Part shown: piece by piece, positions 21,414 through 30,852 of the stretch | How positions within the stretch are numbered: the first letter of the stretch is position 1 | Layout of the letters: every line of letters begins with the position of its first letter | DNA from: Candidatus Latescibacterota bacterium | GTDB taxonomy: Bacteria; Latescibacterota; UBA2968; UBA8231 | Assembly: GCA_965243025.1 (NCBI GenBank) | Contig: CBDETY010000003.1 | Location: forward strand, 2,688,001 to 2,752,000 | Length of the DNA stretch: 64,000 nucleotides | Direction: 5' to 3' | Made by a program: the position numbers and the translations under genes | Notes under the pieces: model-generated | Told to the model about the DNA's origin: nothing | The model's input: the letters and a program-made list of their open reading frames with translations, nothing else | The model's database searches: none

Positions 21414-22118
21414 ATGGCGTACGAAATCGAGAAGCTGTTCCGCGCCCCATACGGGGTCCCGAACGGCCTCCAGGTCACCGCCGAGGGCCTGTGGATCGCC
21501 GACCAGATCACCGACAGGGTCGCCCTCGTCGAGATCGCCGAGCCGTCGATCTACGGGGTCACGCGGTGGCTGCGCGAGGTGCCGAGCGAGAGCTCGAACA
21601 CCAGCGGCCTGGCCTACGGCGACGGCTCCCTGTGGCTGGCGGCCAACGGCGACGGGGGCATGTGGCGTCCCCTGCGGGAAACCGACGCGAAAAAGGGCGA
21701 GATTCTCAGGATCGACCCGCGTACGGGAGATACCCTTGCCCGCTTCCCCGTCCCCGGGGGCGGCGGCGTCCACGGCATCGAGTACGATCGCTTCGAAAGC
21801 GGCTGCCTGTGGGTGACCACCCTGGGCGAGCAGACCCTCAGCAAGGTCGCCGTCGACGGCTGGGAGGTGGCGCACGCCATCCCCCTTCCCCTGAACCGCG
21901 CCCACGGGGTCGTGCGCACCGCCGACGGCGTCTGGGTGGTGTTCACCAGCGACCGCGTCATCCTCAAGCTCGACCTCGAGGACGGCACCGAGCTCGAGCG
22001 CATAGTCGTGCCCGAGTCCGCACCCGAGCCCCATGGACTCTCCATCTGCGGCGGCGGCCTGCTCTACTGCGACGCGACGTCGGGGTGGATCACCCGAGTT
22101 TCCGGAGAGCGGATATGA
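21414..22118 (+). CDS. Cytoplasmic NHL/Vgb-like beta-propeller repeat protein
   Basis: Start reassigned to MAYEIEK. Five blade-like repeats: PNGL..GLWIAD, TSGLAYG..LWL, VHGIEYD..LWV, AHGV..GVWV, PHGL..LLYCD. Confidence 0.65.
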   Translation: MAYEIEKLFRAPYGVPNGLQVTAEGLWIADQITDRVALVEIAEPSIYGVTRWLREVPSESSNTSGLAYGDGSLWLAANGDGGMWRPLRETDAKKGEILRIDPRTGDTLARFPVPGGGGVHGIEYDRFESGCLWVTTLGEQTLSKVAVDGWEVAHAIPLPLNRAHGVVRTADGVWVVFTSDRVILKLDLEDGTELERIVVPESAPEPHGLSICGGGLLYCDATSGWITRVSGERI

Positions 22119-22636
22119 ACTGCGAAGGACAGCATTGCCACCCATCCCGCCGGCGCTGGCGCGGGGCGGCCCGGGCGGGGCTGGCCGGGGCGGCGGCATG
22201 GCTTCTTGCCTGCGACTCCACCAATCCATCCTCGGAGCCGGAAGCCGCCCCCGAAGCAGTGATCTTCGACATCGACGAGGAGGCCATGGCCAATCCCGAA
22301 ACCACCCCCAGCGGCCTGCAGTTCATCGTCGTCGAGGAGGGCAGCGGCGAGCCCCCTGCCCCCGGCAGCAGGGTGCGCGTCCACTACACCGGCATGCTCG
22401 AGGACGGATCCGTGTTCGACAGCTCCTACAAGCGCGACGAGCCGTTCGAGTTCTACCTCGGCGAGGGCCGGGTGATCGCCGGCTGGGACGAGGGCATCGC
22501 CCTGATGAAGACTGGGGCGAAATACCGGCTGATCATTCCCCCGGAGCTGGGATACGGCGAGCGCGGCGCCGGCGGCGGGTTGATCCCCCCGAACGCAATC
22601 CTGCTCTTCGACGTCGAGCTGCTGGGGTTCTCGTAG
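22115..22636 (+). CDS. FKBP-type peptidyl-prolyl isomerase, probable lipoprotein
   Basis: LLAC lipobox. TTPSGL, VHYTG, FDSS, VIAGWDEG, IPPELGYG and FDVEL. Confidence 0.93.
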   Translation: MNCEGQHCHPSRRRWRGAARAGLAGAAAWLLACDSTNPSSEPEAAPEAVIFDIDEEAMANPETTPSGLQFIVVEEGSGEPPAPGSRVRVHYTGMLEDGSVFDSSYKRDEPFEFYLGEGRVIAGWDEGIALMKTGAKYRLIIPPELGYGERGAGGGLIPPNAILLFDVELLGFS

Positions 22637-22825
22637 GTTCGGCCGGAAAGCGTGGCCCTTGCGGGCGAGGCCGGTTGCCTGCCTGCTTGCGCGGCCGGCC
22701 TGAGCGATACTCGCCCGCCTGCGCGCAGCGCGCCGACAGGCAGACAGGCCAATCAGGCAGCCCGGATGGAGTTGGCCCCCGGCTCGAAGGCCGGGACCCC
22801 GGCTGCAGGAGCTTTTTGCAACTTC

Positions 22826-23764
22826 ATGCCTGACGAAGAACTGACCTGTCCACGGCGCGGCTGGGGAAAGACGAAGCTCTCGATACCGGTCGTCCCCTTC
22901 GGCACCCAGGGATTCGGCAATCACTTCGGACCGGTGAGCGAGGCCGAGGCGGCGGGACTGATCCGCCGCGCCGTCGACATCGGGGTCAACCACTTCGACT
23001 GCGCGCGCTGCTACGGCGACTCGCTCCGCAAGCTCGGGGAGGCGATCAAGCGGGAAGTGGTGGCCCGGGACGAAATCGTCCTCAGCGGGCGCGTCTGCTG
23101 CCACAGCGCCGAACCCTGGGGCGGGTACGGAAAAGGAGACCCGGACTACTCCCGCGGCCGCGTCCTCGCCGACGTCGAGGACCAGCTCGGCATCCTGGGA
23201 ACCGGCCATTTCGACGTGCTCTTCATCCACGACCCGCCGGCCATGGAACCGACCCTCGCCGCCGGGGGCGCCCTCGAGGGCCTGGAAGCGGCGCGCGAGC
23301 GCGGTTGGGTACGCTGGCTCGGGTACGGGATGCGCCCCCACGATTTCCATTGCGCCGCCATCGCTTCGGGGCGCATCGACGCGCTGCTGACCTTCAGCGA
23401 CTACAACCTCCTCAACCAGAGCGCGGGGGCCCGGCTCCTGGGGGCCGCGGCCGACAGCGACATCGGGGTGCTCAACGGCTGGTCGATCATGCGGGGGTGG
23501 CTGACGGGAACCCCGGGAGAGGCGATCGCCCCCCGGGAGCGGTGGAGCGAAAATCACCATCGCGCCGAGGCGATGCGGCTGTGGTGCGAGAAGCGGGGGC
23601 TTTCGCTGCTGCAGCTGGCCCTTCAGTTCTGCCTGCGCGAGCCGCGCATTCACGGGAACCCGATCGGCAGTCTCACAATCGAGCAGCTGGAGATGAACGT
23701 GCGCGCCGCGGCCACGTCGATTGACGACGGCACCATCGCCGAATTCGAGCGCGCCGCCCTGTAG
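22826..23764 (+). CDS. Aldo/keto reductase family
   Basis: Start MPDEEL. GVNHFDCARCYG, FIHDP and LALQFCLR. Confidence 0.88.
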   Translation: MPDEELTCPRRGWGKTKLSIPVVPFGTQGFGNHFGPVSEAEAAGLIRRAVDIGVNHFDCARCYGDSLRKLGEAIKREVVARDEIVLSGRVCCHSAEPWGGYGKGDPDYSRGRVLADVEDQLGILGTGHFDVLFIHDPPAMEPTLAAGGALEGLEAARERGWVRWLGYGMRPHDFHCAAIASGRIDALLTFSDYNLLNQSAGARLLGAAADSDIGVLNGWSIMRGWLTGTPGEAIAPRERWSENHHRAEAMRLWCEKRGLSLLQLALQFCLREPRIHGNPIGSLTIEQLEMNVRAAATSIDDGTIAEFERAAL

Positions 23765-23855
23765 GCTGTCCGACAAGCGAGGTTACTCCGCCGTAGGGAG
23801 GGAACCTCTCACATGCGCAGGCACCGGCCTGCCGACAGAGAAAGAGGGAAGACTC

Positions 23856-24875
23856 ATGAAACTGGCGATGCTCTACGGTCCGCAGGACCTCCGAATCGAG
23901 GAACACGAGCTGGACACCGCGAACCTCGGGCCCACCGAAATCCATGTGCGCACCCTGATCTCCGCCCTCAAGATCGGGACCGACAGGGGGAACTACGAGG
24001 GTGCGGAGCGGGTTCCCGGGGCCCCGGACTACCCCCGCCAGGTCGGCGACAGCAACCTCGGCGTCGTCGAGGCGGTCGGCTCGCAGGTTACGAGGTTCAG
24101 TCCCGGCGACCGTGTCGTGTCGCGGATCTGGCACCAGTCGGAGTACGTCGCCGAGGAGGACAGCCGCTGGCAGATCGTCAAGGTGCCCGACGGGGTCGAC
24201 CCCGAAGACGCGGTATGGTCGCAGCTGTACACCCTGAGCGCCCACTGCTACCGCAAGGCCTGGTTCACCCCCGGAGAGACGGTCGCCGTGGTCGGCCTCG
24301 GAATCCTCGGCATCGGGGCGGTGGCGCTTGGGCCCTGCTTCGGGGCGCGCGTCATCGGCCTGGGGAACAGCCCGGAGCGCATGGACATGGCGCGCAGGAT
24401 GGGCGCCCACACCTGCTTCGCATCGGACGACCCGGAACTGGCCGGAAAGATCGACGCCTTCACCGACGGCATCGGGGTCGACCTCGTGATCCTGACCGCC
24501 AACCCGTGGCCGGCCCTGCGCACGTCGCTCGACGTGGTGCGCAGCAACGGACGCGTCGCCATCGTCAGCCTCCCCGGCCGCGGGGAGCCGCCGCTGGACC
24601 ACAACCCGCTGGCGATGGAGCGCTTCTACTTCAAGGGGTTGGCGCTGATCGCGGTTTCCGAACAGGGGGGCTATCTCTTTCCCACCGGCGGGGACCGCTT
24701 CGCCTGGAGCACCGCCTGCGCCCACACCCTGTCGCTGATGGCCGACGGCAGGCTGGAACCCCGGCACACGATCACGCACCGGCTGAGCTATGCCGGGATG
24801 AAGACCGCCTACGACAAGATCTACACCCGCGACAAGGACATGCTGGGGGTGATCTTCGATTGGCGCGGCGCCTGA
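23856..24875 (+). CDS. Medium-chain (threonine-dehydrogenase-like) dehydrogenase
   Basis: MKLAMLYGPQDLRIEE, GVVEAVG..VT..GDRV and Rossmann GLGILG. GAGGGA RBS. Confidence 0.85.
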   Translation: MKLAMLYGPQDLRIEEHELDTANLGPTEIHVRTLISALKIGTDRGNYEGAERVPGAPDYPRQVGDSNLGVVEAVGSQVTRFSPGDRVVSRIWHQSEYVAEEDSRWQIVKVPDGVDPEDAVWSQLYTLSAHCYRKAWFTPGETVAVVGLGILGIGAVALGPCFGARVIGLGNSPERMDMARRMGAHTCFASDDPELAGKIDAFTDGIGVDLVILTANPWPALRTSLDVVRSNGRVAIVSLPGRGEPPLDHNPLAMERFYFKGLALIAVSEQGGYLFPTGGDRFAWSTACAHTLSLMADGRLEPRHTITHRLSYAGMKTAYDKIYTRDKDMLGVIFDWRGA

Positions 24876-24909
24876 GAGGACTGCCGCGATTCGCGGTGCT
24901 GCCGGGAGG

Positions 24910-25707
24910 CTACCGGTAGGCGGCGACCGCCTGCGCCGCCCCGTGGGCGATCAGCTCGACCTCGGTTTCCATCTCGAAATAGCGGCAGCCTTTCTTAATC
25001 CAGCGCCTGCCGGCCCCGGGGCTCGAGGCGGTGGTGCCGAAAGCAATGCCGCGCGCGAGGCAGACCTGCAGGATCCGGTCCATCCCCGCGACCACGTCCG
25101 GGTGGTCGTAGTCCCCGGGATGACCCAATTCGATAGCGAAGTCGTAGGGGCCGACGTAGATGACGTCGAGATGGGGGGTCCCGGCGATCTCCTCGATGTT
25201 CTCCAGCCCCAGCGCCGTCTCGATGTGGGCGACGACGACGGTCGACTGGTTTGCCTTGCGCAGCCAGGCGGCGTGGTCGTCGGGAAGGGCGTAGTCGGTG
25301 TTCCCGTATCCGGGCGCGCCTGCCCGGGTTCCGAGGGGCGGGAACTTGACGTAGTCGACGAGCGCGGCCAGTTGCTCGCGGCTCTCGCTTCTCGGCAGCT
25401 GAATGCCGGTTGCCCCGGCCTCGAGGAGACGCCCGACTTCGGCGCGGTTGAGCTCGCCGAGCTTCGAGACCGCCGGCAGGCCGTTGTCGCGGCAGGCGAG
25501 GACGAAATCGGTCAGCTCGGGGCCGTCGAAGAGCCCGTGTTCCTTCTCGATGTAGACGAAGTCCATTCCGGCCAGGGCGTACAGCTTGGCGAGCGAAGGC
25601 CGCAGGTACTCCATCGCCGTAAGGCCGAGAGAAACGTCCTCCGACCGGAGGCGGCGCTTGAAGGCGCGGCCGAGGGCTGTCGGGTCCGAGCGTCTGGTTG
25701 CGGCCAT
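24910..25707 (-). CDS. HpcH/HpaI aldolase family
   Basis: DFVYIEKEHG, KFPPLGTRAG, HIET and YVGPYD. Confidence 0.9.
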   Translation of the reverse strand: MAATRRSDPTALGRAFKRRLRSEDVSLGLTAMEYLRPSLAKLYALAGMDFVYIEKEHGLFDGPELTDFVLACRDNGLPAVSKLGELNRAEVGRLLEAGATGIQLPRSESREQLAALVDYVKFPPLGTRAGAPGYGNTDYALPDDHAAWLRKANQSTVVVAHIETALGLENIEEIAGTPHLDVIYVGPYDFAIELGHPGDYDHPDVVAGMDRILQVCLARGIAFGTTASSPGAGRRWIKKGCRYFEMETEVELIAHGAAQAVAAYR

Positions 25708-25724
25708 CGGTTCTTTCTCCCGGG

Positions 25725-26555
25725 TCAGTACGCTTCAGGAACGAAGGTCTGGTCTCCCACCGGCGTGCGCACGTAGCTGTCGTCCTCCTGCAGGGGCGGC
25801 ACCTCGAGCTTGCTGGGCAGCACGTTCTTGTAGGGGATCATGCTCAGCAGGTGGGAAATGCAGTTGAGGCGGGCGCGGCGCTTGTTGTTGGAGTCGACGA
25901 CGTACCAGGGCGCCTGCTTGATGTCGGTATGCCGGAACATGTCGTCCTTGGCGCGCGAGTAGTCGACCCAGCGCCGGCGCGACTCCAGGTCCATGCCGCT
26001 GAGCTTCCAGCGCCGGGTCGGGTCGGAGATGCGCCGCCGGAAGCGCAGTTCCTGCTCCTCCTCGGAAACCGAGAACCAGTACTTGATCAGGATGATCCCC
26101 GAGCGCACCAGCATGCGCTCGAACTCGGGGCAGGTGCGGAAGAACTCCTCCACCTCGTCCTCGGTGCAGAACCCCATCACCCTCTCGACGCCGGCGCGGT
26201 TGTACCAGCTGCGGTCGAAGAGAACCATCTCCCCGGCCGCGGGCAGCTCCTCGACGTAACGCTGGAAATACCACTGCGTCTTCTGCCGTTCGGTGGGGGT
26301 TCCGAGGGCGACCACCCGGCAGATGCGGGGGTTGAGCGACTCGGTGATGCGCCGGATGACGCCCCCCTTCCCCGCGGCGTCGCGCCCCTCGAAGACGACG
26401 ACCACCTTGAGGCCGTTCTGGCGTATCCACTCCTGCAGCTTGGCCAGCTCGACCTGGAGCTTGGCCAGCTCCTTATCGTAGTACTCGCGGCCCAGCCTCC
26501 TTTTATTCCCACCGGAGGAATTGGAGGGGGAATCCCCGCTGCTCGCCTTCGCCAT
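25725..26555 (-). CDS. ppk2: Polyphosphate kinase 2 (single-domain)
   Basis: FEGRDAAGKGG, QWYFQRY, FDRSWYNRAGVE and WKLSGMD. Confidence 0.97.
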   Translation of the reverse strand: MAKASSGDSPSNSSGGNKRRLGREYYDKELAKLQVELAKLQEWIRQNGLKVVVVFEGRDAAGKGGVIRRITESLNPRICRVVALGTPTERQKTQWYFQRYVEELPAAGEMVLFDRSWYNRAGVERVMGFCTEDEVEEFFRTCPEFERMLVRSGIILIKYWFSVSEEEQELRFRRRISDPTRRWKLSGMDLESRRRWVDYSRAKDDMFRHTDIKQAPWYVVDSNNKRRARLNCISHLLSMIPYKNVLPSKLEVPPLQEDDSYVRTPVGDQTFVPEAY

Positions 26556-26716
26556 TGCTGCGCTCCCTGTCGTTTTCGCGGCCCGGGAATTTGGCGCTAT
26601 CCGGGCGCCTCATCAAGAAAAGCAGGACGACTTGCCCCGGTACCGGGCATGCCATTAGTTGGTTCGCAGGCGCCGCACCGAGGCCCCGAGCAGCTCCCGA
26701 CCCCCCTTTTCACGAC

Positions 26717-29560
26717 ATGACCGAATCCGATACAGCCAGCGGTCCCGCTTCCGCCCGGACTGCGGCCCTGCCCGGCCTGGAACTGGAGGGCCCGACCCTC
26801 TACCTGCTCGACGGCATGGCGCTGGCCTACCGCGGTTACTTCGCCATGATCAACAACCCGCCGACGACCGCGGCGGGGGTCAACACCGCGGCGCCGTTCG
26901 TGTTCACCTCGACGCTGCTGGAAATCCTCGACAAGTACCACCCGACCCACATCGCCGTCGTCTTCGACGCCCCCGGCCCGACCCACCGCCACGAGGAGTA
27001 CGCCGAATACAAGGCGCAGCGCGAGGCCATGCCGGACGATCTCGGACAGGCGATGCCGTTCGTTTTCCGGATCTGCGAGGGCTTCCGCATTCCCGTGATC
27101 AGCGAGCCGGGGTGGGAGGCCGACGACGTCATCGGGACCCTGGCAAAGCGCGCCGAAGCGGCCGGGGCGACGACCTACATGGTGACCCCGGACAAGGACT
27201 TCGCCCAGCTGGTCTCGGAGCGCACCTACCTGTACCGGCCCGGGCGTTCCGGCAGCGGCACGGAAATCCTCGGGGACGCCGAGGTGCGGGAGAAATGGCA
27301 GGTCGAGTCGGCCGACCAGGTGCGGGACATCCTCGGACTGATGGGGGACGCGATCGACAACGTTCCCGGCGTCCCGGGGATCGGCCAGAAAACAGCTGCC
27401 AAGCTCGTCCAGGAGTTCGGCTCGGTCGAGAACCTCCTCGGGCGGCTGGATGAGGTCAGGGGAAAACGCCGCGCCGTGCTGGAGGAGCACCGCGAGCAGG
27501 CCCTGCTCTCGAAGAAGCTGGTCACCATCGTCAGGGACGTTCCGGTTGACGGGTCGCTGGCCGACTTCGAGCGCAAGCCGATCGACGCGGAGGTTCTCAA
27601 GGGGATCTTCGTCGAGCTCGAGTTCAACATGTTCGGCAAACGCCTGTTCGGTGACGGCTTTCACGCGGCGCCGCGGCAGGTGCGGACCGCTTCCCCGGCG
27701 CCGGGCGACGGAGTCCAGCTGGGAGTCGATGAGGCGGGGGAGCTCAAGACCATCGCCGACGTCGAGCACGACTACCGCCCGGTGTCCGGCCCGGAGGAGC
27801 GCGCCGAGCTGATCTCCGCGCTTCTCGACAGCTCGAGGATCAGCATCGATCTCGAGACCACCGGCCTCGACGCCAAGTCCTGCGACATCGTCGGAATCGC
27901 CTTTGCCCTCCAGCCCCGGTCCGGGTTCTACGTGCCCCTTCCCGCAGCGCGCGAGGAAGCTTCCGCGACATTGGAGGAATTCCGCCCGGTCCTCGAAAAC
28001 AGCGGGATCGCCAAGGTCGGCCACAACCTGAAGTTCGACGTCGTCACCCTTCTCTGGCACGGCATCGAGGTCCGGGGGAAGCTGTTCGACACCATGGTCG
28101 CCGCCTTCCTTGCGGTTCCCGACATGAGACGGAGCCTCGACTACCTGTCGCAGGCCCTGCTCGGCTACCGCCCGATTCCGATTTCCGAGCTGATCGGGGA
28201 AAAGGGCAGCGAGCAGCGCAGCATCCGCGACGTGCCGCTCGAGGAGCTCGTCGAGTACGCCGTCGAGGACGCCGACGTCGCCCTGCAGCTCGCCGGCCTG
28301 CTCGAGGGTCTGCTGGAGGAGAAGAACCAGACCGCGGTATACGACCGGGTGGAGGCGCCGCTGATCCCGGTGCTCGCCCGCATGGAGACCGCCGGCATCC
28401 GCGTCGACGCCGGATCCCTCGACCAGCTGTCCGGGGAGATGGAGGCGGACATCGAGACGGCGGCGCGGCGCATCGAGGAGCTCGCCGGAGAGCCGTTCAA
28501 CCTCAATTCCCCCAGCCAGCTCGGCAACATCCTGTTCGACAAGCTCAAGCTCGATCCCCACGCGCGCCGCACGCAGAAATCCAAGCAGTACAAGACCGAC
28601 GAGCTGGTGCTTACGCGGCTGTCGCACGAGCACGAGATCGCGCGCCAGATCCTCGACTACCGGCTGTGCACGAAGCTGAAGTCGACCTACCTCGACATGC
28701 TTCCCGGGGCGGTGTTCGACCGCACCGGGCGCATCCACACCTACTACGAGCAGGCGGTCGCGGCCACCGGCCGCATGCAGTCGAGCGGTCCGAACCTGCA
28801 GAACATCCCGATACGCACCGAAAGGGGAAGGGAGATCCGCAGGGCCTTCGTCCCCAGCCCCGGCGGCTACACCCTGCTGTCGGCCGACTACTCGCAGATC
28901 GAGCTGCGGGTCATCGCCGAGATCAGCCGGGACGAGCGCATGAACAGGGCCTTCGCCACCGGGGAAGACATCCACACGGTGACGGCGAGCCGCGTCTACG
29001 GCGTCCCTGCGGAGATGGTGACCGCCGACATGCGGCGCAAGTCGAAGACCGTCAACTTCGGCATCATCTACGGGATTTCCGCCTTCGGCCTGTCCGAGCG
29101 CCTGGGATTGCCGCGCAAGCTGGCGGGGGAAATGATCGAGCAGTACTTCGAGGAATACCCCGGGGTACGGACCTACATGGACGAGACCGTCGAATTCGCC
29201 CGCGAAAACGGTTTCGTCGAGACGATGATGGGACGGCGCCGCTACCTGAGGGACATCAACTCCCGCAGCGTCGCGGCGCGCAAGGCCGCCGAGCGCAACG
29301 CCATCAACTCCCCGATTCAGGGATCGGCCGCCGACATGATCAAGGTCGCCATGGCGAGAATCCACCGCGAGCAGCAGGAGCGCGGCTGGAAGACGAGGAT
29401 GCTGCTGCAGGTCCACGACGAGCTGGTCTTCGACCTCTTCCTCGAGGAGGAGGCGGAGGTCCGGAGCGTCGTCGGGGAGGCGATGAAAACGGCGATCCCG
29501 ATGAAGGTGCCCGTCGTCGTCGAGATGGGGACCGGTCCCACCTGGCTCGACGCTCATTGA
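26717..29560 (+). CDS. polA: DNA polymerase I
   Basis: 5'-3' exonuclease (LLDG, EADD, DKD, GDAIDN), intact 3'-5' exonuclease (DLETT, HNLKFD, YAVED) and polymerase motifs DYSQIELR, KTVNFGIIYG, QVHDE. Confidence 0.98.
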   Translation: MTESDTASGPASARTAALPGLELEGPTLYLLDGMALAYRGYFAMINNPPTTAAGVNTAAPFVFTSTLLEILDKYHPTHIAVVFDAPGPTHRHEEYAEYKAQREAMPDDLGQAMPFVFRICEGFRIPVISEPGWEADDVIGTLAKRAEAAGATTYMVTPDKDFAQLVSERTYLYRPGRSGSGTEILGDAEVREKWQVESADQVRDILGLMGDAIDNVPGVPGIGQKTAAKLVQEFGSVENLLGRLDEVRGKRRAVLEEHREQALLSKKLVTIVRDVPVDGSLADFERKPIDAEVLKGIFVELEFNMFGKRLFGDGFHAAPRQVRTASPAPGDGVQLGVDEAGELKTIADVEHDYRPVSGPEERAELISALLDSSRISIDLETTGLDAKSCDIVGIAFALQPRSGFYVPLPAAREEASATLEEFRPVLENSGIAKVGHNLKFDVVTLLWHGIEVRGKLFDTMVAAFLAVPDMRRSLDYLSQALLGYRPIPISELIGEKGSEQRSIRDVPLEELVEYAVEDADVALQLAGLLEGLLEEKNQTAVYDRVEAPLIPVLARMETAGIRVDAGSLDQLSGEMEADIETAARRIEELAGEPFNLNSPSQLGNILFDKLKLDPHARRTQKSKQYKTDELVLTRLSHEHEIARQILDYRLCTKLKSTYLDMLPGAVFDRTGRIHTYYEQAVAATGRMQSSGPNLQNIPIRTERGREIRRAFVPSPGGYTLLSADYSQIELRVIAEISRDERMNRAFATGEDIHTVTASRVYGVPAEMVTADMRRKSKTVNFGIIYGISAFGLSERLGLPRKLAGEMIEQYFEEYPGVRTYMDETVEFARENGFVETMMGRRRYLRDINSRSVAARKAAERNAINSPIQGSAADMIKVAMARIHREQQERGWKTRMLLQVHDELVFDLFLEEEAEVRSVVGEAMKTAIPMKVPVVVEMGTGPTWLDAH

Positions 29561-29859
29561 GCGAAACCAGACCGAGCCATTCGGGAACACCCGTCGAGAA
29601 CCTGACTGGAATCGGCGGGGTGTCGGCCGCCTGGCTGCACGCCGCCGGTATTCGCACCCGCTCCGACCTGGAACGCCGGGGAGCGGCGCGCGCTTTTCTC
29701 GAATTCAGGAAGGCGGGCTTCAGACCTACCCGCAATCTGCTGTGGGCGCTGCAGGGGGCCATCATGGACCTGGACTGGCGCCTCGTTCCGGACGCCGTCA
29801 AGGAACAGATCGACGGAGAGGTCAACACCCTGACAGACCAGCAAGGAGCCGCACGATGA
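29557..29859 (+). CDS. TfoX/Sxy C-terminal domain protein
   Basis: TTG start overlapping the polA stop. HhH-like NLTGIGGVSAAWLHAAGIRT and NLLWALQGAI..DW. Confidence 0.8.
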   Translation: MSETRPSHSGTPVENLTGIGGVSAAWLHAAGIRTRSDLERRGAARAFLEFRKAGFRPTRNLLWALQGAIMDLDWRLVPDAVKEQIDGEVNTLTDQQGAAR

Positions 29860-30707
29860 TCATCGATACCCACACCCACTTCTACGACCCCGCCCGCCCC
29901 CAGGGAGTGCCCTGGCCGGGCGCCGGAGACGCCCTCCTCTACCGCACCGTGCTGCCGGAACACCACCGCGAGCTCGCCGTTCCCGAGGGGGTGACCGGAA
30001 CCGTCGTCGTCGAGGCCAGCGCCTGGCTGGAGGACAACCAGTGGGTGCTCGATCTCGCTGCCGCCGATCCCTGGATCGTCGGCCTGGTCGGACACGTCGA
30101 CCCCGACCGGGCCGGGTTCGCCGCCGACATCGAGCGCTTCGCCGGCAACCCCCTGTTCCGCGGGATCAGGGTCGCCGGCGGCTCGTTCGCGGAGATCGAT
30201 TCCGGCAGCTTCATGGCCGACATGGAGCTGCTGGCCCACCGCGACCTCGAGCTCGACGTGCTGATGGACACCGGCAACTTCGAGGGCCTCTGCTCCCTTG
30301 CGGAACGGATACCCGACCTGCGCATCGTCCTCAACCACCTCGTCAGCGTGCCGATCGACGGCAACGCCCCCGAGCCGCGCTGGGCCGACTGCATGCACCG
30401 TGCCGGGGCGCTGCCACAGGTGTACATGAAAGTCTCCGGGCTGGTGGAGCAGGCGGCGGTCAAGCCGGCGCCAACCGACCTCGCCTACTACGAGCCGACC
30501 CTCGACCTGGTCTGGGAGACTTTCGGAGAAGACCGTCTGATATACGGCAGCAACTGGCCCGTATCCGACATCGGGGGGGACTACGGAACGGTGATCGGCC
30601 TCGTGCGCAGCTATTTCGAGAGCAAGGGGAAAGCGGCCGCGGCCAAGTACTGGTCGGAGAACGCCAGGGCGGCATACAAGTGGGTCGACAGGTCATCTGA
30701 ACTGTAG
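29856..30707 (+). CDS. Amidohydrolase_2 family (L-fuconolactonase-like)
   Basis: IDTHTH, VLNH, MKVSGL and FGEDRLIYGSNWPV. Confidence 0.9.
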   Translation: MIIDTHTHFYDPARPQGVPWPGAGDALLYRTVLPEHHRELAVPEGVTGTVVVEASAWLEDNQWVLDLAAADPWIVGLVGHVDPDRAGFAADIERFAGNPLFRGIRVAGGSFAEIDSGSFMADMELLAHRDLELDVLMDTGNFEGLCSLAERIPDLRIVLNHLVSVPIDGNAPEPRWADCMHRAGALPQVYMKVSGLVEQAAVKPAPTDLAYYEPTLDLVWETFGEDRLIYGSNWPVSDIGGDYGTVIGLVRSYFESKGKAAAAKYWSENARAAYKWVDRSSEL

Positions 30708-30852
30708 GGTCCCCTCGAAAAAGCCCATCCGTGCTCCGGGCAACTTCGGCAACGGGCCGTTTGTTGACCGATCCGGGGATTTCCCTTTGGTTTGCCGGCC
30801 TGCACCCTGAGACCGGGAGTCCATGATCAACCATATCACAAGGGAGGGAGAT

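Noticed and set aside
26597-29590. 997-aa minus-strand ORF
   Set aside because: Antisense shadow of polA. The same applies to the many Arg/Pro/Gly-rich alternative-frame ORFs across the window.
30787-30804. Possible sigma54 promoter upstream of amtB (TGG...TGC)
   Set aside because: The GG-to-GC spacing is 11 nt rather than the required 10, and the -24 context is poor.
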